Origin: Cyanophora paradoxa CCMP329
Taxonomy: Eukaryota; Plantae; Glaucophyta
Reading direction: 5' to 3'
NCBI GenBank assembly: GCA_004431415.1
Contig: QPMI01000252.1
Location: forward strand, 38,309 to 102,308
DNA: 64,000 nucleotides
Shown here: positions 1-12,570 of the stretch, in pieces
How the letters are laid out: the number at the start of each line of letters is the position of its first letter
Position numbering within the stretch: position 1 is the first letter of the stretch
The notes under the pieces: generated by a model
The model's database searches: none
The model's input: the letters and a program-made list of their open reading frames with translations, nothing else
Told to the model about the DNA's origin: nothing
Program-made: the position numbers and the translations under genes

Positions 1-433
1 ATGCCGCGCGTGAGCGCCGCGGGCCATGCGCCCGCGGCGATTGCGGCCGCAGCACAAACCTGATAGCCGCATTGGCACGGAATGAAGTTTCGGTCGGTGA
101 TGTCGAGCTCTGCGCGTCGCCGTGAGCCCACCGCCAGCCGGCCACCATCGCCACTCGCACCTTCGAGGCAGAGGGGACACTCTTTGGCGTCCTCCTCATC
201 GGAATCCATCGCTGGAGCTCGCGATGGACCCGCGGCTTCGCCAAGCGCCGGAGCGCGCTATTCGGGGGTATAGCGTGCAATTCAAACCGGGGTAGAGAAT
301 TGCAACAGCGACACCGGCGAGCGGTTGGCCCAGGAGAGCTCTTCCCGCATGTTTTTGGCGGGCATGTAAGCGGCTCGTAGCTGGCCCTCCGCCAGCAGTC
401 GCCTGACCAGCTCGCTCGCTGGCCATGGTCCTC

Positions 434-646
434 GCTGCCCGTATCTCACGTGCACAAGCTGCTGGAGGACCTGATCAATGCACCGGTTTGGTTAGCTAAG
501 AAATATTCTACTACTGGCCCACCCTCGCAGCCATGATCTGTCTGCAGCTCTAGCGCCTGCGCGGCGTGCTGAACTCTGAGCACTCCCGAGCAACTAGGAT
601 GTCTCAGCTGTCCGTATCTCACGTGCACAAGCTGCTGGAGGACCTG
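434..646 (+). repeat. 40-bp direct repeat (434-473 and 607-646, one mismatch)
   Basis: gctg(c/t)ccgtatctcacgtgcacaagctgctggaggacctg occurs twice, 173 bp apart; the second copy encodes the start of the downstream gene (VSHVHKLLEDL). Confidence 0.9.
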
Positions 647-3600
647 CGCAACGCGGGGAAGCTCCTCAGGCGCTGGAGGGGAGAGCCGTCCGTCGTGAAG
701 AGGGAGGACATGGAGGATGAGATGTGCGACATATACACGCGCGTGGCGGCGTTCAGCTGGTCGCAGGGCCACATGGACGCCATCGCCGAGTCCGGGGCGC
801 TCGAGACGGTGACGCGGCACCTTCCCGAGACGGAGCTGCCGCGCGTGAAGGCCGCAATGATGCGCATGCTCCTTACCTTCGCCTCCAAGCCCCGCTACGG
901 CGTGAGCGCCTCGCCCTCCCCTCCCGCACTGCGTGCCGCCTGCTTTCTCACGCACCCGTCTGACTGCAGCGCTACATGGGTGAGCGGGCGGGTGGGCGGG
1001 GCGCACCCTGCCGCCGCGCTCTGAGCGGGTTGCGCGCAGGGCTGAACCACGGGCTGGGGCCGCTGCTGGTGTCGGAGATCCGGGCGCTGGCGGCGCCCGT
1101 GTGCCGCTTCTGGGAGTACGACCTCGCCGTGAACGGGGCGGACCCCGACCCCGCGGCCCCTGCCGGCGCTCCGACCACCGCCGCGCCCGCCACGGGGGCC
1201 GGCGCCGGCGCCGGCGCGACGGCGCCGGCGAGGAGCGCGGGGCGGCGGCGGCGGCCTCGCCGGCGCGGACGCGGACGGGGGCGCTGCGGACGGCGACGGC
1301 GGCGACGAACCCGCGCACGCCCGTCGCCTTCACGAACAGCGCCGCAGCGCCGCCCGCCACCGCCGGCCGCGGGCGCCACCGCCCGGCCACCGTCACCCCG
1401 GAGCCGCCCCGCGCACGGGCCGCCCCGAGGCCCGGGCACATCGCGCCCCGCGGGGGCCGGGGCGGAGGCGGGGGGCGGGGCCGGGGCGGCGGGGGAGAAG
1501 CGTGCGCCGCTGGACGCGCTGTCGCTGGAGGTGCTGCTGCTGATGGTCGTCGCCCTGCGGCACCTCCTCGCCGAGGCCGCCACCGCCCAGGAGGCCCGCC
1601 CCCGCCGCCCCTCGGGCCCGCCCGGGGCGCGCTCGGGGTGACGCCCCGGCAGATGTGGGAGTACGCGGCGTTCGAGCTGTGCGTGGACCTGCTGCAGCAG
1701 GCGGTGCCGGCGCTGGCGGAGGCGGCGGGGGAGATCGCGAGGGGCGAGGCGGACGGGGACGGGGAGGCGGCGGACGAGCTCCGCGACGTCCTCGCCATGG
1801 TCGACACCCTCGAGGCCCGCCCGCCCCCCGCTCCCTCCCCGTTGTTCGGGCTCACGCGCCGCCCCGCCCCGCAGATCAACCTGTACGGCGCGGTGAGCCA
1901 CCTGCTGGCCCCCGAGAAGAACCGGGAGCGCTGCTGCGGGCTGGCGGGGGCGGTGGCGGCCGGCGCTGCGAGCCGGCCGCTGGCGGCGCTGCTCTGGCTG
2001 GTGCGGAACAGCGACCTGGAGGACATGGCGCAGATCGCCGCGCACGCCCTCTGGCGCCTCGCCTCCGCCCCGGAGGCCCACGCCGCGCTCGTCGAGCACG
2101 GCGCCGTCGACGCCGCCGCCGAGCGCCTCTTCCTGCGCCCCCCCGGGGCCGGCGGCGCGCAGGTGGCCGGCGTCTCGGCGGCCGTGCGGACGGCCCTCAC
2201 CCGCGCCCTCCTCAACCTCGCCACCTCCCGCGTCGGCTCCTCCGCGCGCCCCTTCCGCCCCCGCTCGCCCGCCCCGCCCCGCTGACGGGGCGCAGGCACT
2301 GGCGCGGCGGGCGGGGGCGGACCTGCAGTGGAACCCCGTCACGCAATGGCTGGAGGCCGACTACCGCACCTACGCCGTCGCCCTCCTCCCGCACGCCCCC
2401 GCCGAGCCGGCGCCGGCCCCGAACCCCGCCGCCCGCAAGCCCGTCTTCCTCCCCGGCGGGCCCTCCGAGCGCGCCGCCGCCGCCGCCCGCGCCAAGGCCG
2501 CCGCCACCGTGCCCCGCCTCCTTCTTCCTCTTCCCTTCTCTCTCCTCGTCTTCTCTGAGCCGCCGGGCAGGGCCCGCGGCTGGGGCACGGGACGTCGCTG
2601 TACGTGACGCTGGAGGGTGCGCGGGGGAGCAGCGGGGAGCGGGAGCTGCAGCTGGGCCCGCACTCGTTCCCCGACGGCGAGGCCGAGTCCTTCTACGTCG
2701 ACTGCGGCAACCTCGGCGCCCTCCGCCGCGTCGCCCTCCGCCTCTCGCCCCCGGTCCCCTCCCGCCCTCTCCCCCTCTTCCTCTTCTCCCCGCCCCGCCG
2801 CCTCACGCCCTCTCAGGGCCAGAAGCTGCGGCTGGCGCTGGTGACGGTGGCGGACGAGGTGCAGGGGAGCGAGTACCGCTTCCCCTTCCCCGCGCACACC
2901 TCCTTCGCCGACCCCGTCCTCCTCCCCGTCGCCGAGGGCGCGCCCCGGCCCCACGCCGAGCCCGCCGCCGGCATGACGCGCCTTGAGCAGTGCGGCGGGA
3001 GCGGGAGGACGACTTCCTCCTCGCCGCCCTCGACCTCCTCGTGCGCCCCCGGGCCCGGCCCCCCCGCCCACCTCGTCCGCCCCGCGCCCGACGCGGCCGG
3101 CAGCACCGGGTCGTCTGCGTGGAGCCCGAGCCCCCCGACAGCCTCGCCGCCTACGACCTCGCCCCCGCCGCCCCCGCCCCCCAGGGTCCGCGCCCCCGCC
3201 CCGCCCGGCCGCCTGGCCGCGCGGAGACGGGGCGCAGGGGCGCTGGCGGTGAACCCGGCGGCGGCCTTCGGGCTGCTGCACCTGCTCGCCGCCTCGCCGG
3301 CGTCGGGCCTGGCGCCCCGCGCCGAGGAGCTCCTCGTCGAGCTCCTCGACGCCGGCTCCCTCTGCCCCCTCCCCGTCCTCCCCGCCGCCCTCGAGGCCGC
3401 CCTCGCGCGCCTCGCCCGGCCCCGCCTCACCGGCCCCGCCGTCGACCGCCTCTTCTCCCTCGCCGCCCGCTGCGTCCGCCGGCGCCCCGACGTGCTCGCC
3501 CAAGCCCTCCCCGCCAGCGGCAGCTCCTGCGCCGCCCTCCTCGTCGCCCTCCTCCGCGAGCCGCCCTCGGGCCGGCCGCTGCCGGGGAGCCCGAGGCGCC

Positions 3601-6505
3601 CCCGAGGGGATCCGCCTGCGGGCCGCCGAGATGCTCCACGACCTGGTGCGCCTCTACGGGCAGGCCGAGGCGGCCGTGCAGGGCGGCCTGCCCGAGGCCG
3701 TCGGCGAGGCCGTGGCCGCCTGCCTGCGGGGCATCGCGGCGCGCCCCGGGGCGGCCCCCAGCGCGCACACGGTCGAGTGGCAGGCGCGCCTCGCCGAGGT
3801 CCTCCTCGCCGCCGTGCGGGAGCCGCGGCTGAGCTCCGAGGGCCGGCGGCGGCTGCACGGGATGCTGCCGCTGCTGCTGGACGCGGCGCGCCTGCACCGC
3901 TCGCTGCACGCCTCGGGGGCCCTCGCCGCGCCCCTCGCCGAGCGCCTCTGGGCCTCGAGGCCGCCCTCCTCGCCCTCGTCGCCGACATCTGCGCCCAGGA
4001 CCCCCTCCCCTCGTCCGCCCGCCCCCGTCCCCGCCCCGCCCCGCCCCGCCCCGCCGGCCTCGCCCGCTGAGGGGGCGGCAGGTGTCGCTGTGCAGCACGT
4101 CGGAGCGGGCGCGGCGGCGCGCCCTCTCCACCGTCCTCACCGCCCTCGCCCACGCCGTGCGGGGCCCCCTCGAGCCCGCTCGCCCCCCCGCGGCGCGGCG
4201 GGACGCGGGGGCGCAGGAGACGGCGCAGCGGATCGCGGCGCTGCTGCCGCTGCTGACGGCCCTCGTGCTCATCCCGGAGAACGTGCCCCTCGCCATGTTC
4301 GCCGGCCCGCACACCTTCGCCCGCATCCACGGCGCCCCCGAGCCGGCCTCCGCCTGGCGCGCCCGCCCCCCGCCCGCCCGTCGCCCCCCGCGCGCGCGGC
4401 TGAGGAGCGGGGCGGCAGGTTCGTGCTGGAGACGGACGGGCACGGGGCGCGGCGGCAGCGCCCCTCGCCCGAGTCCTTCGCCGGCCCCCGCGCCGTCGTC
4501 TTCCCCGTCGTCGAGCCCCCGCCCCGGCCCCGGCCCCGCGGCCCCTCCCCGCCCCCCTTCGCCGGAAGTGCCCCCCTCAGCGCCATCCCCGAGGAGCCCG
4601 AGACGGCCCGCTCCGGCGTTGGGTCGGATTCGGGCCCCCGCGCGCGCCCGCCGGCGCTGGACGTGACCCTCCCCTCGGAGGCGGGCTCCCCCGCCGGCAC
4701 CGCCCTCCTGCTCCGCTCCGCCGCCTCGCTGCCGGCGACGCTCGCGGCGACCTCGCCGGGGGCGACCTTCGCGGGGCGCCCCGGGGCGACGGGCCTGCTC
4801 TCCCCCTCGCCCGGGACCGGCGTGCTCGTCGAGCTGAGCAGCCCCGCCAGCTCCCGCGCCCGCTCCCCGGCCCCCTCCCTCGCCTTCGCCCTCCACCCGC
4901 CCGCCTCCGCCGGGCCCGCCCCGCCCTCCCGCGAGGGCCCCTCCGCCGCCGCCTCCCCGGCCTTCTCTGACGGGACGGGCCCCGCCACGCGCCTCACCTA
5001 CGGCGAGAGCGAGGAGAACTGGGGGTGCGGGCCGCCCCGGCGCCCTCTCCGGCGCCGCCGACGGGGCGGGGGCAGGTACCTGCTGGAGGCGTGCCGCGCG
5101 GCGCTGGCCGTCATCGCCCCGCCCTCGCGGCCCCCCGACGAGAGCGCCACGCTCGCCGTGCCGGGAGGCCCGCCCGCCCTCCCTCCTCCCCTCTCCTGCC
5201 CTCGCCTCCCGTGACGCCGGCGCAGCGCGGGTGCCGGTGTCGCTGGAGGCGGAGGCGGCTGTCGCGGCCCTCCTCACCGCCCTCAAAACCGTCCTCGAGC
5301 AGACCGACTGGTGGGGTGCGCGCCCCGCCCCCGCCTCCCCGCCCCCCCCCCGCCCCCACCCGCCTCCTTCCCGAGCCGAGGCGTGCGGGGCAGGGCGGCC
5401 GCGGCCGGCGATGGGGCGGGAGCTGGTGCGGGGGCTGCTGGAGGCGGTGTGCGGGCTGCTGGGGGCGCGCCTCCCGCCGCTGCCGGCCTTCGCGGCCCTC
5501 TCCGTGGCCTTCCTCCTCTGCAAGGACGAGGAGCACGCCACCGTCGTCGCCGCCGCCGACCGGCCCCTCCTCCTCGCCAAGGCCCGCCCCCCTCGAACCC
5601 GCCTCCGCCCCCGCGCCGCTGACCGCCGGCGCAGCTCGCCGTGAAGGCCGGCCCGAACGACGCGACCGCCGCTGAGGCCGCCCTCGTCAGGTGCCCGCCC
5701 TCGCGCCGCGCCCCGCCCCGGGGGCTCGCCTCAGGCCCCGGCAGCTGCGGCCTGCTCCACTTCATCGCGACGCACCCGCCCCTCCTCCCCGCCGTCGCCC
5801 TCGTCCGCCCCGCCCCGGCCCCTTCACGTTCCCTCCCGATCCGCACCCCCGACCTCTGGGCGCAGCCGGAGATCGTGTACCCGCTTGTGGACTGGCTGGT
5901 CTCGGGGCGGGCCCCGTGGCCCTGCGAGAGCCTCGTCCTCGCCCTTCTCGAGATCCTCCTCCGCGGTCCGCCCCGGCCCGCCCCGCACGCCCTGCACCCC
6001 CGCCGACGGGCCGGCAGCGTGCCCCGTGACGGTGGCGCCGCCGGGGCCACCGGGGCAAGGGGCGGCGGGGCGGCGCGGGGCGCGGGGCCGGCCGCTGCAC
6101 CCGTACCACGAGAAAGCCCGCGAGCTCATCCCCGCCCTCCAGCTGCACCTGGGGGCGTACCCCTCGCCCGTGCGGGCCGGGGCCGGCGTGGGCCCCGTGC
6201 AGAAGGGCAACCTGGTGGACGCGGCGGCCCTCCTGCTCAAGGCCCTCTCGCCCGTCTCCGCCCCGCAGCTCCGCCGCCAGCGCGAGCAGTGCGCCCCCTG
6301 GCCCCGCCCCGCGCCCCGCCCGTCGCCCCCCGGCGCGACGCGGCGCAGCATCGGGCAGGTGTGCGCGACGGAGACACACAAGGCGGAGCTGGCCGCCTGG
6401 ACCCGCGCCCGCGACGCCGCCCGCGAGGCCGCCCGCGCCGCCGACCCCGCGCCCCGCCCGCCCCACCGCCCTCCCCCGGCCCCCTCCGCCCGCCCCCGCG
6501 CGTAG
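599..6505 (+). CDS. Large multi-exon protein with ARM/HEAT-like helical repeats and an internal PLAT/LH2-like domain
   Basis: Spliced exons give helical segments (LLWLVRNSDLEDMAQIAAHALWRLAS..HAALVEHGAV). At ~2590-2930 they give VYVTLEGARGSSGERELQLGPHSFPDGEAESFYVDCGNLGALRRVALR..LRLALVTV..YRFP, typical of PLAT. Exon chain approximate; could be two genes. Confidence 0.55.
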
Positions 6506-6541
6506 CCGTGTGCCTCGAGCCCTGCCATTCAACAGCGGGGC

Positions 6542-7447
6542 CTAGAACGTGAACTTCAGGCGCTCGTCCTCGCGGAAGGATGCGTAGACCTGCGGGCGCA
6601 GGGCAGCGGCGATCAGCCAACGCGTGCGAGCGACGCAGACGGAGCACCTGGTAGATCTGGTCCGACGAGGCGACCTCGACGGTGACCGTGAGGCTCGTGT
6701 ACTTGCCCTTGGCGTTCGTGCTCCACTCGTCCTCCCGCACGGGCCGCCCGATGACGACCTCCACCCTCTTCACGAGGTCCAGCGCGAACTCCGCGCCTCC
6801 CAGGCCCACCGCCTGCCCGCGCCCCGCGCGCTCCGTGGGGCGCCCCGGCGCAGCCGACGCGCCCCCCCCGCACCTTGAAAATGAAGGGACAAGGGTAGGC
6901 GAGCGCCTCGAAGACCTGCAGCCGCTCCTGCGCGTTCTCCAGCACCTCCTTCGCGGGCGCCGGCGCCGGAGCGTCGGCGTTAACACGCTGCTGCGCCGCC
7001 GAGTGCTTCCCCCGGGAGAACTGCGGCGGCAGCGGACCCTTGCCGGCGACCCATTTATTCACTGGCGAGCGCGAGCGTGCGTGAGCGCGGGCCTAGCTGT
7101 GATCGAAGGGATGCGGCGGACCCATCTGCTCCTCCTCAAATCTGCTCTGTGCGTAAGAGCGAGATCGAGGGAACCAGCTGGACATGGGCGCACGACAGGG
7201 CCGCCTTCTTGTTGCCCGCCTTTTTCCTGAACGCGAAGCCGACGCCGCCCTGCGAGACCTCGTAGCCCCGATCGCGCTTCTCTTTCTTCGCTGGCTTCTT
7301 CTCTGGCTGCTGCGGCTGCTGCTCTGCCCGCACGCGCTGCGGTGCCTGAACCGCCGCCGTCCGGGCGCGCAGCGGCTGGAGACAGCTGGCGCCGGCGCGA
7401 CGCAACGACGGTGCGCAGGAGCCCCCCAGGAACGTCGTGAACGCCAT
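6542..7447 (-). CDS. DUF493/YbeD (HP0495-like) protein, plastid-targeted
   Basis: YPCPFIFK|AVG..STNAKGKYTSLTVTVEVASSDQIYQ|VYASFREDERLKFTF*; MAFTTF leader rich in Ala/Ser/Arg. Confidence 0.85.
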
Positions 7448-7532
7448 CGCGGCACGCGCTAGCTAACTGATCTACCCGTCAAAGTGATCCGCCGCGGAAT
7501 CGATCCCACGGCGCTAGAAAGCATCACCGAAG

Positions 7533-8289
7533 ATGTTGGCCTTCGCGATCCCAGCGGTCAGTTCAGTCCAGCAGCGCGTGGCGATCGCTGCGAGCGAGTG
7601 GCGGGCCGCGGACCGCGCGGCGGCGGCGCGGCGGCGGCTGGCGGCTCCGCGTGCGAGCACCGAGCTCAGCGGGAGCTCTAGCAGGCCCGTACGCGTGTTC
7701 GCCGCGTCCGATCCATCCAACGTGTGGAGCAAAAAGCCGGCATGGTTCGTCTCGACGCTAGCTCGAGCGCCCCTAGGCTAGAGCCTGGCTGCGCAGACTG
7801 ACTCCCCAGTCTCTGAAATGCAGGTGTCAGCCCTGGACCATCGTTCTGACGGTGTGCACGTCAGGCACACCTAGTCCTCGAGGGGCGGGCGCCGGCCCTC
7901 GGCGACGGCGAGGGGGTCGAGGGGCAGCGGCCCGGGCCCCGCGCCGGGGCGCCGGCCCGAGGCCGCGTTGCCCTTGCGCTCACATCCTGACGAGTCCCGC
8001 GCACGCACAGGGCGGCGGTATCATCGGCGGCTCGTGGGCGGTGTTCCACAACCAGTGCACGTGGGTGACGGGCCTCGTCTCCCTTCCCGTCCTGGCATGG
8101 TGGTTTCTGTTCCTCGGTGATCCCCGCCGTCCCCCGCCCCCCGCCTCGCCCCGGCCCCCATCGTACTTTCGTCCGCCACAGCGCAGGCTAGGCGAGCCCT
8201 TGCCGACTGACGCCGTCCCCCTCGCAGTCCTGTACCCCCGCGCCTACCGGGAAGCGTACCTGAACGGGAGCCTGGATGAGCTCGACTGA
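7533..8289 (+). CDS. Cyanobacterial-type small membrane protein (DUF6737-like), plastid-targeted
   Basis: NVWSKKPAW|CQPWTIVLT|GGGIIGGSW..LVSLPVLAWWFLFL|VLYP; MLAF leader. Confidence 0.8.
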
Positions 8290-8710
8290 ACGCGGGCGGT
8301 CGCCGGGGCCCCCGCTGGCCCTCCTCACAAGCAGTCGATAGAGCCCACGAACGCCCCGAGCCGCCGAGCGCGCCCGTAGAGGGAACGTGGCTATGGATGC
8401 CCCGGCCTCGCGGAGCCGTCCTCTTCCGCTGCTGCAGAGCAGGCCGCAACCTGGCAACTTCGTCGAACCTCGGAGTCGTGGCCGGCGTGCTCGAGCGGAT
8501 CATTCGCACAGCTGCGCATGCAGCCCCCCCACTCATGTGCACTCACACCCCAGTGAAGCTAGCGCTCTGTCGGGATCCCAAACTACCCCCAAGCAAGCAA
8601 TCGAAATCAGTGTGCCGGCCGGGCGCACTGGCACGTGCTTGAAACACTACACGGAATCTACGACTGCGGGGCGGCGCGGCGGGGGCGGCGGGCCTAGCCT
8701 GGGCCTATAG

Positions 8711-10054
8711 CTAGACCATGTGCATGAGGTGGAGGAAGAGGACGATGGTGCAGTACTGGCCGAGGGCGAAGGCCGCGCTCCGCAGCACGGGGCTGTCGTT
8801 CATGTAGAAGACGGGGTACAGCGCCCGCGCGAAGCAGTACATGCTAGCGCACCAGTTGGCCACCTGTAGGGTTCAGAGTTAGTCTTCACCGAGGAAATAT
8901 GTTGTCTGCATTTTGATATCACTCATACCGCCGAGTGGTCGCCCTGTACCCCCGCCCCGCCCGCTGAGCGGACTGGCCGGCGGATGGGAGGGGGAGGAAA
9001 AGGAGCGGGCGGACCTGAATGTAGGCGATGGTGGCCGCCGCGAGGAAGGGCGGCAGGCACTCCATCGCGTTCTGGTGCGCCCATGTTGCCCGCTGGGCCC
9101 AGCCCGGCAGCCTGCCGCACGATCAGCGGCCGCCTTGCGTGGATGGAGCGGGGGCGGCGGGGGCAGGGCGCGCCTGGAGAACATGGCGCGGGGGGCGCTG
9201 AGGTCGTAGCCGCCGGGAGCGAAGACGCGGGCGAGGGCGGTGAAGAGGAAGGGGAAGTAGACGAGCGCCGAGGCGATAGCTGCCCGCCCTCGTTACTTTT
9301 GAGAAGGCTGCCGCCCCGGTCGAGCCGCACCCATGGCGTAGAGCACGGTCTCCTCGGGGAACTGCACGGGCTCCATCTTCGTCGCCCAGATCCAGTTCGT
9401 GATGTCGAAGATAGTCGCATCTGCCGCCGCTCCGCGTCAGCTTCGACGCGCGCGGCCGGGAGCTACAGCGCGGGGGTTCACCCTTGTAGTGCGGCTCGGC
9501 GCCCTGCAGGCCGTCGAGCACGTATCCGGCCTGCGCGCGGCGTGACGGTGAGACGGCAGCGCTCGACCCGCCGGTGCGCGCGGCGGCGTTTGGCCTCTTA
9601 ACGCGTCGTTATAAAGCATATCTCGTCTGGACTAGAGCCTTGGCTCGCTGCGCACCTGCTCTCTCACGAAGGCCTCGACGCTGTGGAAGAACGCGAGCGG
9701 GTCGTTTGACGCGCTCGAGGCCGCGTCTGCGGCCGCGTTCGCAGCGCCAGTTTTCATCCGAGCAGCCTCGGCCGCGGCCCTGACCGCGGCCGGGCTCTGT
9801 GCCGCGCTGGCGGCCGTCGGAGCCAGGAGCGCAGCGGCTGCCGCTGCGAGCTTGCCAGCGCCGAAAACCCGCAGCTTCGATGAGGACTCAGGAGCGCTGG
9901 CGTCGCAGCTGACTGTGAAGCGGACAGCCGGCCGGCACGTGCTCGCGGGCAAGCCTCTCCTGTGCGGCCGGGACGTGGCTACGTTCACGGAGATTTGAGC
10001 TGTCCTGGCCGGCTGGCCATTGCGCGGGAGCGCTACGGTTGCGGTGAAGAGCAT
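8711..10054 (-). CDS. MAPEG-family membrane protein (cyanobacterial type) with long plastid leader
   Basis: LVYFPFLFTALARV..YDLSAPRAMFS|LPGWAQRATWAHQNAME..FARALYPVFYMNDSPVLRSAAFALG; MLFTAT leader. Confidence 0.8.
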
Positions 10055-10639
10055 CTCCGGTCCGGATCCAGCGCGTGTGATCGAACGTACCCACCACGTT
10101 GAGCGGATACGTATAGGTACCCCCCTCTCTGGCCGCCCCGCCCCCTCCCTGCGACAGGCCCAGGCGCACAAAGAAAAGACGAAATCGATGTACATGCGGT
10201 TATATTGACACTGCGACCTCGTACACCTGCGACGATAACTAGAAATGTCAAATGAACTTAAGTGACTGAAGCACAAAAAGCATCGAAGCATCCCTTGGAA
10301 ACTGTTGCTGACGGCGGATGCACAGCTCTACTGAAAAATAAAGAGGATTGATAGCGAGCAAGATCTAGTAACTGAAAACAGGGATTCGAGGCGTGGGGAT
10401 AATTATGGGAGAACCCCTGATGGCACAGCACTACTGTAGAATGATAGCGAGCAAGATGGTTCTGACTGAAAACAGAGGTGTGGGGGGGTGGGAGTATCAG
10501 AGAAGCAGGAGAAGCTCCAGCGCGAGTGGAGGGATCCGGCCGAAGGCAGAGTTGTGGTTCAGCGCTGCTGCGACAGCTTGGAGCCCGAGACAACACGCGA
10601 GAGAGCCCTGCAAAAACCCACGAGTCGGCGCCACACTCG

Positions 10640-12570
10640 CTATCGTGCAGCAGGACGGCATCCGCACCTCACGATGTTCTTCTTTGCCAAAGGAATCCGA
10701 TTTTTGGCCGGCACGTCGGCGAGCGCCTCCCTGACCACGATAGGGTCCTCCTTGGCTTTCACCGCCTCCTCCTTGGAAGGGGCCGTGAGGTTCACGAGGG
10801 AACGCGTGCGCCCCAGCTGCAGAGGTCTCTCCTTGCGGAAAAACGCTGCAGCCAATCTCAGGGAGAGCCCTCAAGAAAGAAGAGAGCTGCAAGCTCACCC
10901 TGAAGGCGCTCACGGGCTCCAACGCCCTTAGGGGACACCTGTGGGGACTCGACGACCGGCGGCACTTCCTTGGTCTCTTTGGCCTGCTCTTCGGCCTCAA
11001 GCTGGAGCTTGGCAGTGCAGAACGCCTTGTAGCACTTGAAGGTGCAGAAGGAGAGCATGTCGACTCCGAAAGTTTTGGTTACGGCGGGCTGGGTGTCCAT
11101 GAAGAGGCGGCACCCATGGCACCTTGTCTGCCCCGCCCGCCTCAGCTGCCGACGGCGCGGAGCAAGGGGCGAGGCAGACCATAGCAAGGCGGGGCACGTC
11201 ATCCAGGCGGGCCTCGCCAGCAGAGGAGGACCCGATCGCCGTTCCGACGGCGACAGTCATCTGATAGTTCTTGCGGGCTGATTACAATGTTGCGCGGTAG
11301 ATGATTTCCTCGTAAGCCACTGCGCGGCCGCGCGATCAACGCCGGAAAACCAGAATTCATATGGTTTGCGACGGCCTCAGCCGGCAGCGCAGGCCATCTA
11401 GACGGGCAACCCGCCTCCGCGAGGCAAGGAAAAGTTCCTCACGCAGTTCTCTATCGATTCTAAGGACGGGCGGCGGCGCAAGCGCCCAGAAACTGGACCG
11501 CCGCACATCACGAGAGCTCAAAGGAGCCAACACGGACCTACTGGAGCCCGAATCGTCGTCCTCCGAGATGATCAAGTCACACATTCAAGTCTGTGAAGGC
11601 GAGAGAGATAACCGGCGTCCGGTCAGGAGAGCGTAAAGAATGTCTCTGCGCGGAAAGGGCCGTGCGTCAGCCCACGGATAGGCAGAATACATGCGAGCCG
11701 CCTCGTGCCGTCCAGGGCCGCGGGAGGCCGCCAGCAGCAGCTGCAGCGCACCGGAATCAACAGTTGTGTGTGTACCCCCGTTGAGCGGCGGTACCCTCAT
11801 CGGCTGAGCACCGTCGACACGCGGTCGCAGCGCACCATCTGGAAGAATGGCGCACCCGCCTCCTTCTCGGGGCGTGTTTGAGCGGATCATCCGGATGTTC
11901 TTCCCCCAGAACCCGACCACGACCATGGCGGCCGACGCCTTCCGCTTCCCTGCCCCCGGGTGCGCCCCGGGACCTCCAATGCTGTCATGGAACCGTCTGG
12001 GCCGTTGCGCGCCCCCGCGTGATACTTGCCGCCTGATGGCACTGCATCTGCGCCTATTGCGATGGTGCCGTCGCTCGTCCAGCGGCGCAGCTTGATGAAT
12101 CGCTAGCAGTGGAATCCTAGAGTGCCCCTCCGCGGCGGCAGTCGCGCGGCTTCTGATCGCATCGTTCCGCAGCTCCCAGCCGGCCGCGTCGATTCCGCGT
12201 GGCCCCGAGGGGCGGGCGTTCACCGTGAAGTACTTTGACCGCGGCGCCAAGTATTCCGCCCGGGCGGTGAGCTGCTCCGCCGCTCCGAGCACCGCAATGT
12301 CGCCTGCAGCCTCACCCCGCGAACGCAGGACGTGGTTCAGCAGGAGAAGGTCGTCGTCGAGAGCACAACGGCCACCACGCCGTTCTCGGGGGACCTCCCC
12401 CCCTTCCCCGGCGTGTGAGTCGCTTGGTTTCGCCTGCGCAGAGGACTCGCCGCCTTCTCTGACCACGAGTCGCGCAGGCCGCAGAAGAACATCATGCCTT
12501 GATGTCTTGGCGTTGCGCAGATTAGACTCTAGACAGGCACAGGATTCACAATGCACAATACTTTCCCTGC
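10640..12570 (-). CDS. Hypothetical or degenerate gene with a MYM/TRASH-like Cys motif (boundaries approximate)
   Basis: RCHGCRLFMDTQPAVTKTFGVDMLSFCTFKCYKAF at ~11025-11125; the remaining exons cannot be joined confidently. Confidence 0.3.

Noticed and set aside
8864-8928. Possible C/D snoRNA (GTGATA...CTGA)
   Set aside because: Poor C box, no recognisable rRNA guide, and the CTGA overlaps the branch/acceptor region of a 65-nt intron.
11885-11920. RVLGEEHPD, resembling kinesin-light-chain-type TPR
   Set aside because: A single short match in a short frame with no flanking TPR consensus or repeats.
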